Shown: one piece after another, positions 1 through 10,038 of the stretch | Numbering within the stretch: position 1 is the stretch's first letter | Layout of the letters: each line of letters begins with the position of its first letter | Assembly (NCBI GenBank): GCA_036500715.1 | Contig: DASYBP010000014.1 | Location: 1-50,961 of the forward strand | Length of the DNA stretch: 50,961 bases | From: Rhodopila sp. | Lineage (GTDB): Bacteria > Pseudomonadota > Alphaproteobacteria > Acetobacterales > Acetobacteraceae | Reading direction: 5' to 3' | Notes under the pieces: generated by a model | Told to the model about the DNA's origin: nothing | Database searches by the model: none | The model's input: only the letters and a program-made list of their open reading frames with translations | Position numbers and translations under genes: made by a program

Positions 1-713
1 GGCGATGAGCGCAAGTATGACCTGGTGGTCACCATGGAGGACGCCACCAGCGCGCTCTATTCGGCCTTGCTCGTCGACCAGGAAGGCACCGCCTCCAGTT
101 TCCAAGGGCTTCGCGAGGTGGTGGCCAGGCACGGCCTGTTCGGCTCGCTCTACACCGATCGCGGCAGCCATTACTTCATGACGCCCGAGGCGGGCGGCAA
201 GGTCTCAAAGACGATGCTGACGCAGATCGGGCGTGCGTTGAGCCAACTCGGCACCGAGCACATCGCGGCCTACTCCCGCAGGCGCGTGGCCGTTCGGAGC
301 GGGCGTTCCTGACGTTGCAGGATCGCTTGCCCAAAGAATTCCAGCTAGCCGGAATCGCCACGCTTGAGACTGCCAACGCCTGGCTTCGGGACACCTTCAT
401 CGCCGATTACAACGCCCGATTCGCGGTCGGCGCGGAACAGGACGGATCGGCGTTCGTTGCGGATAGGGCTGGGGCAGGGCGGGAAATTTTGTGCGTGCAG
501 GAGGAACGAACGGTGGGCAGCGATAACACGGTGAAATGGCAAGGATTGAGCCTGCAACTGCCACCGAGCCGGATGCGGCGCCATTTCGCCAAAACGACGG
601 TGAAAGTCCATGCCTATCCGGATGGCTCGCTGGCGGTGTTGTGGGGACCGCACCGGCTGGGTGATTACGATGCAAAGGGCACCCTTATCGCGCCCACGCG
701 GCAGGCCGCATGA
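1..713 (+). pseudogene. IS1202/ISNCY-type DDE transposase, C-terminal part, frameshifted
   Basis: Frame is open from the window start (GDERKYDLVVTMEDATS...YTDRGSHY). Restoring one C in the run at ~275-277 joins ORFs 25..312 and 315..713 into AYSPQARGRSERAFLTLQDRLPKE, a typical integrase-core E motif. Confidence 0.85.
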
Positions 714-823
714 CACGCTTCCATCGCGGCCGTTCTGATCCGGGGCATGCCCCGGACCAGAACAAGAACCAAGCGGACAGATCATGAGCTACGAAAACCG
801 GACAGCTTGACGAGCTAGCGACA
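1..823 (+). mobile_element. Right part of an IS1202/IS481-related insertion sequence; right end at ~823
   Basis: Downstream of the transposase, 771-823 has two sub-terminal repeats (CGGACAGatcatGAGCTA / CGGACAGcttgacGAGCTA) and ends in ...GCGACA (TGT on the other strand), as expected for TGT...ACA-ended elements. The left end is outside the window. Confidence 0.7.
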
Positions 824-845
824 CTGCTGGCGCCTCTGACGCAGG

Positions 846-877
846 CATGATCGACGGTTATCATGATCGACAGTTAT
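846..877. repeat. 16-bp tandem direct repeat (CATGATCGAC[G/A]GTTAT x2)
   Basis: 846-861 catgatcgacggttat and 862-877 catgatcgacagttat, followed by a partial agttat. Confidence 0.8.
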
Positions 878-1091
878 ATAGTTATTGACACGCCGAGCGA
901 GTGGTGACATTTAGCATTTGCGTCCGAACATCCCAATGTTTGGCGCCGGCGTCCTCCGGGTTTCCTGACAAAGTAGAAGACGGCAGATTCAATCAGGCTT
1001 CTTACGAGAAGTATTGATTGATTTAGCGACCGTCTGTGTCTCTCGCTATGTTTGAAGGAAACAAAATCCAAGCAACTGCGTGGATGAGCCG

Positions 1092-1119
1092 CCAATCAAT
1101 ACCAATCAATACCAATTAA
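1092..1119. repeat. 10-bp tandem repeat CCAATCAATA x2.8 upstream of the haloperoxidase
   Basis: ccaatcaata ccaatcaata ccaattaa, read directly. Confidence 0.8.
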
Positions 1120-1222
1120 CAGCGAATATGCCCGCGTGCGCTTTTGGTGCCGGTGCATACCCCAGGTCCGAGGCTTCAAGCTCTCTGCAATAGCTGTCCC
1201 AACTTCAAAGAGGAGCAAACCA

Positions 1223-2854
1223 GTGTCGAATCTGACCAAGTTGCCTCAGCCATCGGCTGGCTGCCTGCCGCCGGGCGTGACTGATCAGCGTGGGTTGAAT
1301 GCGTTTATACTTCGCTTCGGTGACGCCACCGCTCGGGCTGCAAGTACCGCTGCTCTTGCGCACACGACCAATGGAGATGAGACAAGATACGCCGATAGAT
1401 CCGGGACCTATACTAAGACGTTAAAGCAGATCGCGCCCGGCGTGGTCGATCCCGCGACCTTCGTGGCCTTTCGTCAGGCGCTCGGCAGCAGCGACGGCAA
1501 CACCCCAGGAACCGCCGACTTCGAGAACGCCGCCCTGATGCTGGGAGACGAGCGAAAGTTGAATGGTCCGCAAGGCGCCTTCGCCGGAACCCTGGTCGGA
1601 GCGGACTCAGAAACGTTCGGCGACAGCGTGGTGCCGGTTCCACCGGCGGTTGCCAGCAAGGAATACGCGACAGAACTCGTGGAGCTGTACTGGGCGTCGC
1701 TTCTGCGTGATGTACCCTTCAGCGAATACGACTCGAATCCAGTTGCCCTGGCGGCAGCAGCTGAATTGGACGGCTTGGCCTCGTATGCCGGTCCGCGCGA
1801 TTCCAGCGGAAAAGTTACGACCAAAGTTCTGTTCCGGGGTGGACTGACCACCGGTTCTCCCAAAAGGCGGTTCTTCGCCGGTGAAACCGACGGTCCATAC
1901 CTGTCGCAATTCTGTATCCAGCCCACAACTCTGGGCGCCCAGCCAGTCGATCAAAGAATCGCGTCGTTCGCTGCTAATGTAGACTACATGACCAACTTCG
2001 ATACCTGGGCTGCCGTGCAGAATGGCGTGCAACCGCTCATTCCGCCGGAGGTTGAAACTCAACGTCGCTTCATGCACAACGGACGCGCGGTCGCAACGTT
2101 CACCCACTCAGACGAGCTTTATCAGGCCTACTTCGTCGCGTATCTGGCGATGAATACGCTCGGCATCCGGACCAATCCTGGCAACCCCTACCTGGCATTC
2201 AAGAAGCAGCAGCCCTTCGGCACCTTCGGCGGCCCCGATATCGCGGCCACACTCGGCTACGTGGCACGCGCCGCGATCAACGCCGTCTGGTATCAGAAGT
2301 GGGTCGTGCATCTTCGTCACCGGCCGGAATCCGGCGGTGGCATCGTTCATCTGATGAAAAGCGGAATTGGATCTGTCGATGCAAAGGTCGATCCGATCGT
2401 GCTGAACTCCGAGGCGCTGGAACAAAGTCAGCAGAAATACGGCACATACTTGTTGTCCCAGGCGTTCCCGGAAGGGTCGCCGGCGCATCCGGCGTATCCG
2501 ACTGGCCACGGCACCGTCGCCGGCGCGTGCATAACCGTCCTCAAATTTTTCTTCGACGGAACGGCGACAGTCCCGAACCCGGTGATGCCGGCGGCGGATG
2601 GCCTGTCGCTGTTGCCGTATGGTGGGCCGGCCCTGACCGTCAATGGCGAGTTGCACAAGCTTGCGCATAATATCTCATTTGGCCATGGCATTCATGCCGG
2701 GATCCATTGGCGAAGCGATACGGACTATTCGCTGCTGCTGGGCGAGGCCGTAGCGCTCAGCTTCCTGCAGGACCAGGCATTTACCTACAATGAAAACTTC
2801 TCGGTCACGCTGACCAAGATGGACGGCACCAACGCGGTCATCGCAAATATGTAG
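1223..2854 (+). CDS. Vanadium-dependent haloperoxidase family protein (bromoperoxidase-like, PAP2 superfamily)
   Basis: Motifs ELVELYWASLLRDVPF, WYQKWVVHLRHRPE, EGSPAHPAYPTGH and GIHWRSD. Start placed at the in-frame GTG 1223, which follows AGGAG at 1211-1215, rather than at 1136. Confidence 0.88.
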   Translation: MSNLTKLPQPSAGCLPPGVTDQRGLNAFILRFGDATARAASTAALAHTTNGDETRYADRSGTYTKTLKQIAPGVVDPATFVAFRQALGSSDGNTPGTADFENAALMLGDERKLNGPQGAFAGTLVGADSETFGDSVVPVPPAVASKEYATELVELYWASLLRDVPFSEYDSNPVALAAAAELDGLASYAGPRDSSGKVTTKVLFRGGLTTGSPKRRFFAGETDGPYLSQFCIQPTTLGAQPVDQRIASFAANVDYMTNFDTWAAVQNGVQPLIPPEVETQRRFMHNGRAVATFTHSDELYQAYFVAYLAMNTLGIRTNPGNPYLAFKKQQPFGTFGGPDIAATLGYVARAAINAVWYQKWVVHLRHRPESGGGIVHLMKSGIGSVDAKVDPIVLNSEALEQSQQKYGTYLLSQAFPEGSPAHPAYPTGHGTVAGACITVLKFFFDGTATVPNPVMPAADGLSLLPYGGPALTVNGELHKLAHNISFGHGIHAGIHWRSDTDYSLLLGEAVALSFLQDQAFTYNENFSVTLTKMDGTNAVIANM

Positions 2855-2905
2855 CCTGGTCGGGCCATCCACCCGCGCCTGGGTTGGGTGGCCTGGCCGA
2901 CGGCA

Positions 2906-4433
2906 TCAGTGGTGTCCGAGCATGTGGCGGCCGATCTCTTGTGGGTCAGCGGCTTCGGCCGGCAGTCCGTGGGCAACCCGGCCGTCGTGCATGACAACGA
3001 TCCGGTCCGAGAGTTCAAGGATTTCGTCCAGGTCCTCGGAAATCAGCAGCACCGCGGTGCCCGCATTGCGGGCCGCCATGATCCGCCCCCGCGTTTCTGC
3101 GACCGCCTTTACATCCAGCCCGAAGCAGGGTTGGCGACGATCAGCAGTCGCACGTCGCCGTCCAGCTCCCGCGCCAGGACACAGCGTTGCACGTTCCCGC
3201 CCGACAGGACGCCAATCGGTGCCTGAGGCGAGGGTGCGCGGATCCCGTACGCCGCGATCATCTCCTTTGCGCGCAACGCCATCCCCGTCCGGTCCAACCA
3301 GCTACGGCGGACTTTCTTGGCCCCAAGATCGAAGCTGCGCAGATTAAGATTGTCGACCACCGTCATCGGCGGCACGCAGCTGTTGCGCAACGGCTCTTCC
3401 GGCAGCACGCGCACATCGTGCGCCCGGGACTGTTCGCGGCTGGCGTCATAAGGCGCACCGTCGACCATGATCCGGCCGGATTCCATCGCCCTCTGGCCGC
3501 CCAGGACTTCCACAAGGTCCTTCTGCCCGTTGCCGGAAACGCCGGCGATACCGACGATTTCATTTGCATGGACCTCAATCAAATCGATCGACAGGCCTTT
3601 GCGTCCGCTATCTTCAGCGGTGCGCAGCGCGGAGACGGCCAGCCGCGTCTCGCCGGACGGCTTACTCTTCCGCTCGGGGTTCTTCGGGGCTTGCGGTTCG
3701 CCGATCATCATTGCCGTCAGATCCGCCGGACCCAGATCCTTTACCGCGCCGGTCCCGGCCATCCGACCACGCCGCAGCACGGTGACCTCGTCGACGAACG
3801 CGGCGACTTCCTTTAGTTTGTGCGCGATAATAACGATCGTCAATGCGCCAGAGTGCGCCAGCCCGCGAATCAGACCGAGCATCTCGATGGCTTCCTGGGG
3901 TGTCAGCACGGAGGTTGGCTCGTCTAGCACCAGGAACTTTCGTTCCAGATAAAGCTGTTTGACGATTTCGGCTTTTTGCCGCTCGCCCGCGGCAAGGCTG
4001 CCGACCTCGACCTCCAGTGGGACCTTGAACGGCATGCGTTCCATGAACTGCTTCAGGCCGGCGATTTTTTCGCGCCAGTTGATGACGGTTGGAACATTCC
4101 GCCGCGACATGACCAGGTCTCCGCCACCGTCATCGACGGAACCAGGGTAAAATGCTGATAGACCATGCCGAGGCCCAGCGCATCGGCATCGGAGGGCCGC
4201 TCGATCGTCGCCTCTCGGCCGTCAACAATGAAACCACCCTCATCCGCTCGATAGTACCCCAAGAGGCATTTAACCAGTGTGGATTTTCCCGCCCCGTTTT
4301 CGCCGAGAAGACCGTGCACCGTGCTCGGCCTGACCTTCAGCGACACGTCTGATAGCGCATGAAAACTGCCAAAATGCTTGCCGACGCCGACCGCCTCGAC
4401 GCCGATGGCTCGGCTTTCAGTCGTGGAGGTCAT
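2906..4433 (-). pseudogene. Two-domain ABC transporter ATP-binding protein (CUT2 sugar/nucleoside type), two frameshifts
   Basis: GENGAGKSTL Walker A, LVLDEPTSVLTPQE, LSGGNVQR. Single-base deletions at ~4118 (MTVAE[N]LVMS) and ~3129 (ANP[C]FGLDV). The third piece LLISEDLDEILELSDRIVVMHDG ends at TGA 2906. The frameshifts could be sequencing errors. Confidence 0.85.
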
Positions 4434-4845
4434 GGCAATCCGGCCGGCAACGTCTTGCTGTCGCTGACAGCGCCAAACACGCCGCCCTGCATTCTGATCA
4501 TGTGAGCGCGGCAGCGTGATTGCCCGCATCGGTGGCGCCACAGCAGTCCGACAGCAGCAGGCATTCGAAGCCACGATCGTTCGCGTCTCGCATCGTGGTG
4601 TGGACGCAGACATCGGTGGTGATCCCAGTCAGGATGATATTGGCAATCCCGCGCGTGCGCAGCACCAATTCAAGATCAGTGGCGTAGAAACTGCCTTTAC
4701 CTGGCTTGTCGATGACGACCTCCCCGGGTAGGGCCGCCAGATCCGGAATGATCTCCCACCCCGGTTCGCCTCGGGTCAGGATACGGCCGCATGGGCCCGG
4801 ATCGCCGATACCGGCGCCGATCCGGCGCGACCGCGCGCGTCGCAG
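4430..4845 (-). pseudogene. biuH: Biuret hydrolase-like cysteine hydrolase (isochorismatase family), N-terminally truncated and frameshifted
   Basis: [31 protein letters not shown] and [20 protein letters not shown] give the Lys and Cys of the D-K-C triad. A frameshift near 4501 continues [10 protein letters not shown] to a TGA overlapping the ABC ATG. The N-terminal Asp region is absent. Confidence 0.8.
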
Positions 4846-4890
4846 TCCGCTGGGGGCCGACCGAGCCGGGCTGGACAAGAAGGACGAGGT

Positions 4891-5624
4891 ATGAAGTTAC
4901 GATACTTACTATTCGCGGCGGCTCTGGCGGTAACGGCTACCAGGCGCAGGCTCAAGGCTTTAGCGATGCGTCGATGGGCGTGACAGTGCGTTCGTTGCCA
5001 ATACCGGCGGGGGAAAAGGCAGTCGGGACGTCAACAAGATTATCGTGAACGTGGAGCACTTCGATGTCTGGGACTATGGTTCAAACTTCTTCAACTTGGA
5101 CGTGCTGTTCTCCAACGCGAATGAACCGGCCAATTCAGCGGGCGGTTCCACCGAGTTCTATACGATCTACTGCGGCCAACTCATTCCGGACAAGATTTTC
5201 GGCATCAACACCAAGATCGGGCCCTTCTCGGCGATCTACTTCGAGATCGGCGGTGATGCCGAAGGGGAAAATACCCAGTTCGCACCGAACAAGAAGCTGC
5301 TTGTGGGCCGGGCCGAATCTCCACGTTGACCTGCCGGCTCACGGGTTCCTGAGGATCGGCGTCCATATATCGAAGGAATGGAATAACAACGGCTTTTCGG
5401 ACTGCCCCAGCGCCTGCTTCGTCCATGGTGGACCGGTCAGCTTCGATCCGGCAGTCGAATTCGAACTGGTATGGCTGAATCCGCTGGCCTTCACCGGGCT
5501 GCCCAAGCCCGACGTCTATCTGGCCGTCGAAATCTGGCAGAACAAGTTCGGCAACGACCACACCAAAGTTTCGGGGTCTCAGCAGGTCGTCGCCCCGACG
5601 ATTGGTGTGGAATACCACTTCTGA
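4891..5624 (+). pseudogene. Tsx-like nucleoside-binding outer-membrane protein, fragmented
   Basis: GAGGT-ATG start with a signal-peptide-like sequence; fragments VEHFDVWDYGSNFFNLD...STEFY, KEWNNNG and EIWQNKFG...VEYHF (beta-barrel C-terminal Phe) lie in different frames. Confidence 0.55.
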
Positions 5625-5699
5625 TAGGGTGATCGAGGCGGTCCTCGGGAACGCCGCGAACTTACCGCCGCGTGCCTGGTTGGGAAACCGCCGGTTATC

Positions 5700-5898
5700 G
5701 ATACGCTGGATCAGCCTGTTGGCCCGTTGGACGCACATTAGCGCCGGGATCGCCTGGATCGGCTCCTCGTTCTATCTCATCCGCGCTTGACGCCGACCTA
5801 CGCCGAACCCCCGGTCGGTGCACAACAACTGTCTGACGCTGCGCCGTCGTCTTTACCATCGTGAGCAACCACTACGCGTTTTACCTACCCATCGTAGG
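5700..5898 (+). pseudogene. puuD: Urate hydroxylase PuuD remnant with a large internal deletion
   Basis: N-terminal motif WISLLARWTHISAGIAWIGSSFY is followed within ~40 nt by the mid-protein motif RSVHNNxLTL..VF...SNHY, both recalled as characteristic of PuuD. Confidence 0.7.
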
Positions 5899-6086
5899 CG
5901 GGTTGAATTGAAGTCATGCGAATGGATGGCAATCTGCCCATCAATCGATCACAAACCAGTTTATCGTCCATTCCATGATGAAACCTTAGGCTTCCAGTCT
6001 ACGGAGCAGGGGCCGCGTTTCGCCCTTGACCTGGCGATCGAGCCTGACGCTAGCTGGCCTTGCAGACGACGAAGAGAGCGAGACTG

Positions 6087-6557
6087 ATGGCCGAGGCGGA
6101 CCACATGCGGCGGGCGATCGAACTGTCGCTGGAAATGATGCGGTCGGGTCGCGGCGGGCCGTTCGGCGCGGTGATCGTGAAAGACGGCAAAATCGTAGCT
6201 GAGGGCTCCAATCAAGTCATCTCCGCCAACGATCCTACCGCGCATGCCGAGGTCGTCGCGGTGCGGCGCGCCTGCCAGGCGCTGGGAACCTTTGATCTGA
6301 CCGGGTGCGAGATCTACACCAGTTGCGAGCCCTGTCCGATGTGCCTCAGCGCGATCTACTGGGCTCGGCTTGGTCACATCTACTACGCAAACGATCGACA
6401 CGACGCCGCGAAAATCGGCTTCCGCGACGATTTTCTGTATCGCGAGATCGCGCTGCCCTTGGAACAGCGCGCGATCCCGATCGAGCCGCTGCTGCGCGAC
6501 GAGGGCTGGGGCGCCTTCGAGGAATGGGAGCGCAAGCCGGACAAGATCCAGTACTGA
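6087..6557 (+). CDS. guaD: Guanine deaminase, cytidine-deaminase (Zn) superfamily, B. subtilis GuaD-like
   Basis: GGPFGAVIV, DPTAHAE, YTSCEPCPMCLSAIYWAR, GFRDDFLY and a C-terminal Tyr. Start at ATG 6087. Confidence 0.88.
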   Translation: MAEADHMRRAIELSLEMMRSGRGGPFGAVIVKDGKIVAEGSNQVISANDPTAHAEVVAVRRACQALGTFDLTGCEIYTSCEPCPMCLSAIYWARLGHIYYANDRHDAAKIGFRDDFLYREIALPLEQRAIPIEPLLRDEGWGAFEEWERKPDKIQY

Positions 6558-6612
6558 CGTGCCGGCGTGTCTGGCCTCATTCTTGCGACGCTACGGCCGC
6601 CTGCTCTGACGC

Positions 6613-6705
6613 CCGGTTCAGGGCTGGGTTAGGCAGCAAACAGGAGTGCCTCACTGAGCGCAAACCCGTAGTGACCCGCAAGTCATGTCTCCCAGTCCCG
6701 GCCGG
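6613..6705 (+). promoter_or_regulatory. Candidate structured leader RNA upstream of atzF
   Basis: CCGGTT..GGGCTGGG (6613-6628) pairs with CCCAGTCC.GGCCGG (6691-6705) and encloses further hairpins. I could not match it to a known family. Confidence 0.4.
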
Positions 6706-6794
6706 ATCGTACCAGAGCACCGTATGACCATCGAGCGGACCGAACCCAGCCATTGCCGGTCGCAGCGGCGCAGTGACTGTCCGCGGCGGGTCGT

Positions 6795-8468
6795 TTGACG
6801 CCTGTAGAAATGGCGGAGGCGGCACTGGCCGCCGACCGTGCCCATGCTGATGCGGCGATCTGGATCTTTCGGCGGCCCGACGTTGAGATCCTGGCCGATG
6901 CGGCGGCGCGCGAGGCCGAGGGCTGTCGCGATCGGCCCCTGTGGGGGGTGCCCTTCGCGGTCAAGGACAATATCGACGTTGCCGGCATGCCGACCACCGC
7001 CGCATGCCCAGGCTTCGCCAGCACCCCCGACGCGGATGCCCCCGCCGTGCGCCGTCTACTGGAAGCGGGCGCGGTGCTGGTTGGCAAGACCAACCTGGAT
7101 CAGTTCGCAACCGGCTTGGTCGGCACGCGCAGCCCCTACGGCGTTCCTCGCAACGTTTTCGACGCGGCGCTGGTACCCGGCGGCTCTTCCTCGGGATCAG
7201 CCTGCGCGGTCGCCGCCGGAATCGTGCCGTTTGCCCTGGGCACCGACACCGCCGGATCGGGTCGCGTGCCGGCCGCGTTCGGCAACATAGTCGGCCTGAA
7301 ACCGACGATCGGAAGTATCCCGGCACGAGGCATGGTCCCGGCCTGCCGCTCGATCGATACGATATCGGTGTTCGCACGGTCGGTGGACGAAGCCATGATG
7401 GTGCAGCGTATCATCGCCGGTTTCGACCCCGCGGACCCCTACGCCCGCCGCCCGCCGTTTGCACATCTGCGGCGACCGGCATTGTTCGCGGCGCGCGTGG
7501 CGACGGGCGACGTCGCGTCGCTTTGCGAGCCTGATATCGCCGCGGCTTACCGGGGCGCGGCATCGTTCCTGAACGCCGAGCCGGTCGATGTGGCGCTGTT
7601 CCTGGAAGTCGCCGATCTTCTGTATGAAGGTCCGTGGGTGTCCGAACGCACAGCCGCCCTGCGGACCGTGGTGGAGAACACTCCCGACATCCTGCACCCG
7701 GTCACACGGTCCATTCTGCAACTTGGCCTGCACCGGCGCACCGTGGATGCCTTCGACGCTTTCCATCTGTTGCAGCAGGCCCGCCGGCAGGCCGCGCTGC
7801 TGTTCGCGCAATACGACGCGCTGCTGCTGCCCGCCGCGCCGTTCTGTCCCAGCCTGGCCGAGGTCGCCGCCGATCCGTTCGGCCCCAACCGCCGCCTCGG
7901 CACCTTCACTAATTTTGCCAACCTGTGCGACCTGGCCGCCTTCGCCGTCCCACCTGGAATGATCCTGCTGGGTCCCGCCTGGTCCGAGGGCCGCCTCGCC
8001 CCGCTGGCCGACAGGTTGCACCGACGCTTCGCCACCACTGTCGGTGCCACCAGTCAGCCTCTTCCGCCAGCCGCCGAACCCGACGCGCTGCAGGCGGACG
8101 AGACAACGCTGTTTTGCATCGGCGCCCACATGGCCGGCCTGCCGCTGAACACGCAGATCACCGCACTCGGTGCCCGGTTCGTGGGCGAAGCGCGCACCCA
8201 AGCAGGCTATCGCCTGTTTGCCCTGGGCAACCGTCCCGGCATGATCCGCGCGGCGGATGGGGCGGCGATCGCCGGAGAAGTCTGGGCGCTTCCGACCACT
8301 GCGATGGGCGCGCTGCTTGCGCAAGTGCCGCCGCCGCTGGGCTTCGGCACAGTAAACCTCGAGGATGGCCCCTGCCTCGGATTCCTGGCAGAGTCCATCG
8401 GCGCCTTGGATGCGACCGACATCACTCATCTTGGCGGCTGGCGTGCCTGGCTGCGATCTGGAGCTTGA
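6795..8468 (+). CDS. atzF: Allophanate hydrolase
   Basis: Amidase signature [46 protein letters not shown], plus the C-terminal domain [10 protein letters not shown]...GGWRAW. The true start may be ATG 6724 with an indel-damaged N-terminus. Confidence 0.9.
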   Translation: MTPVEMAEAALAADRAHADAAIWIFRRPDVEILADAAAREAEGCRDRPLWGVPFAVKDNIDVAGMPTTAACPGFASTPDADAPAVRRLLEAGAVLVGKTNLDQFATGLVGTRSPYGVPRNVFDAALVPGGSSSGSACAVAAGIVPFALGTDTAGSGRVPAAFGNIVGLKPTIGSIPARGMVPACRSIDTISVFARSVDEAMMVQRIIAGFDPADPYARRPPFAHLRRPALFAARVATGDVASLCEPDIAAAYRGAASFLNAEPVDVALFLEVADLLYEGPWVSERTAALRTVVENTPDILHPVTRSILQLGLHRRTVDAFDAFHLLQQARRQAALLFAQYDALLLPAAPFCPSLAEVAADPFGPNRRLGTFTNFANLCDLAAFAVPPGMILLGPAWSEGRLAPLADRLHRRFATTVGATSQPLPPAAEPDALQADETTLFCIGAHMAGLPLNTQITALGARFVGEARTQAGYRLFALGNRPGMIRAADGAAIAGEVWALPTTAMGALLAQVPPPLGFGTVNLEDGPCLGFLAESIGALDATDITHLGGWRAWLRSGA

Positions 8469-8470
8469 CG

Positions 8471-8653
8471 ATGGACGAACGGGCTTTGGACGCAATGATT
8501 GATGCCGGCACCGCAGCTCTCGGGCTCGACATGAAACCCGAGTGGCGGCCGGCGGTGCGGATGCATCTGGCAATCTCGCTCAGCCACGCGGCCATTCTGC
8601 TGGAAGCGCCGCTCGAGGATCATCTTGACCCGGCACCCGTGTTCCGCGCATGA
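8471..8653 (+). CDS. atzG: AtzG-like small subunit (DUF4089/HpxX family)
   Basis: 60-aa MDERALDAMIDAGTAALGL...WRPAVRMHL...DPAPVFRA; its stop overlaps the atzE ATG. Confidence 0.85.
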   Translation: MDERALDAMIDAGTAALGLDMKPEWRPAVRMHLAISLSHAAILLEAPLEDHLDPAPVFRA

Positions 8654-10035
8654 CGACCGCGACCGAAATCGCCGCCACGGTCCAGTCCGGCCAAGCACGT
8701 GCCGCGGATATTGTAGCGGCCTGCCTGGACCGAATCGAACGGCTCAATCCAGCCTTGAAGGCCTTTACCAACGTCGTGGCCGGGCGGGCGCACGCCAAGG
8801 CGGCCGCGCTGGATGCGGCGATCGCCGCCGGGTCGCGGCCAGGACCCTTGGCGGGCGTGCCATTCGCGGTGAAGAACCTGATCGATATTGCAGGCTTGCC
8901 GACCTTGGCCGGATCGAAGATCAACCGCGACGACCCACCCGCGACCGATGATGCGCCACTAGTCACTCGCCTTGAAGCGGCCGGGGCGATCCTGGTCGGC
9001 GCATTGAACATGGGCGAATACGCCTACGATTTTACCGGCGAGAACGTCCATTATGGTCCTTCACGCAATCCTTTCGACACGGCCCGCATGTCGGGCGGGT
9101 CCTCCGGCGGGTCGGGCAGCGCCGTTGGCGGCGGGTTGGTGCCGCTGGCGTTGGGATCCGACACCAACGGGTCGATCCGTGTGCCCTCGTCATTCTGTGG
9201 CTTGTTCGGGCTGAAACCAACCTATGGACGGCTGACCCGAACTGGCACTTTTCCGTTCGTATCGTCGCTGGATCATCTGGGTCCGATGGCCCGATCCACC
9301 GCCGATCTGGCTACGGCCTATGATGCGATGCAGGGATACGACGCGGGCGATCCGGTTTGTGTCGATCGGCCCGCCGAACCAGTGTCCGAAACGCTGAATG
9401 GCGGCGCTGCCGGCCTGCGCATCGCCTCAGCCGACGGATACTTTCGCGCGGGCGCGTCGCCCGAAGCATTGGCCGCGTTGGAGTTGGTTGCTGCCGCCCT
9501 CGGCACGAGCGAAACGATCACCATAGCGCAGGCGTCGCTGGCTCGCAGCGCCGCCTATGTCATCACGACGACCGAGGGCGCCGCATTGCACACCCAACGG
9601 CTGCGCAACCGACCCGACGATTTCGATGCTGACGTGCGCGACCGATTGATTGCCGGTGCCCTGGTGCCGGCTGCCGCGGTGGTGCAGGCACAAAAATTTC
9701 GCCGCTGGTTCCGTGACGAAGTGCTAGGCCTGTTTCAGCGCGTCGACGCGATCCTGGCCCCCGCGACCCCGTGTGTCGCCCCCTTGATCGGTCAGAAGAC
9801 GTTTGTTCTGGACGGCCAGGAGGTGCCGCTGCGTCCCAACATTGGTATCTACACCCAGCCGATCTCCTTCATCGGCCTGCCCGTCGCTACGGTCCCGGTG
9901 CCGACCGCGCTCGGTCTGCCGATCGGCGTACAGATTATCACCGCCCCATGGCGCGAGGACCTCGCGCTGCGCATCGCCCGGACCCTGGAAGCCGCTGGCG
10001 TCGTGCGTACGCCTTCGCCCGCGCTGGCGGTCTGA
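8650..10035 (+). CDS. atzE: AtzE-family amidase (1-carboxybiuret hydrolase-like)
   Basis: GVPFAVKNL, LNMGEYAYDFTGENVHYG, GGSSGGSG, GSDTNGSIRVP, YTQPISFIGLP; flanked by atzG and atzH. Confidence 0.9.
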   Translation: MTTATEIAATVQSGQARAADIVAACLDRIERLNPALKAFTNVVAGRAHAKAAALDAAIAAGSRPGPLAGVPFAVKNLIDIAGLPTLAGSKINRDDPPATDDAPLVTRLEAAGAILVGALNMGEYAYDFTGENVHYGPSRNPFDTARMSGGSSGGSGSAVGGGLVPLALGSDTNGSIRVPSSFCGLFGLKPTYGRLTRTGTFPFVSSLDHLGPMARSTADLATAYDAMQGYDAGDPVCVDRPAEPVSETLNGGAAGLRIASADGYFRAGASPEALAALELVAAALGTSETITIAQASLARSAAYVITTTEGAALHTQRLRNRPDDFDADVRDRLIAGALVPAAAVVQAQKFRRWFRDEVLGLFQRVDAILAPATPCVAPLIGQKTFVLDGQEVPLRPNIGIYTQPISFIGLPVATVPVPTALGLPIGVQIITAPWREDLALRIARTLEAAGVVRTPSPALAV

Positions 10036-10038
10036 CCG

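Noticed and set aside
270-315. Programmed translational frameshift in the transposase
   Set aside because: The shift falls inside the catalytic core at a short C run with no slippery heptamer; mutation or sequencing error is more likely.
846-1119. CRISPR array or iterons
   Set aside because: Only 2-3 adjacent copies with no spacers; no cas or rep gene in the window.
1136-1222. Longer N-terminus or signal peptide for the haloperoxidase
   Set aside because: No RBS before 1136, whereas AGGAG precedes GTG 1223; the extension has no hydrophobic signal core.
6575-6724. Assignment of the atzF leader to guanidine-I/II/III, TPP or c-di-GMP-I riboswitches
   Set aside because: Only short partial echoes; the diagnostic elements (ACGR twin loops, TPP 3' half, GNRA tetraloop with receptor) are absent. 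Kept as an unassigned candidate.
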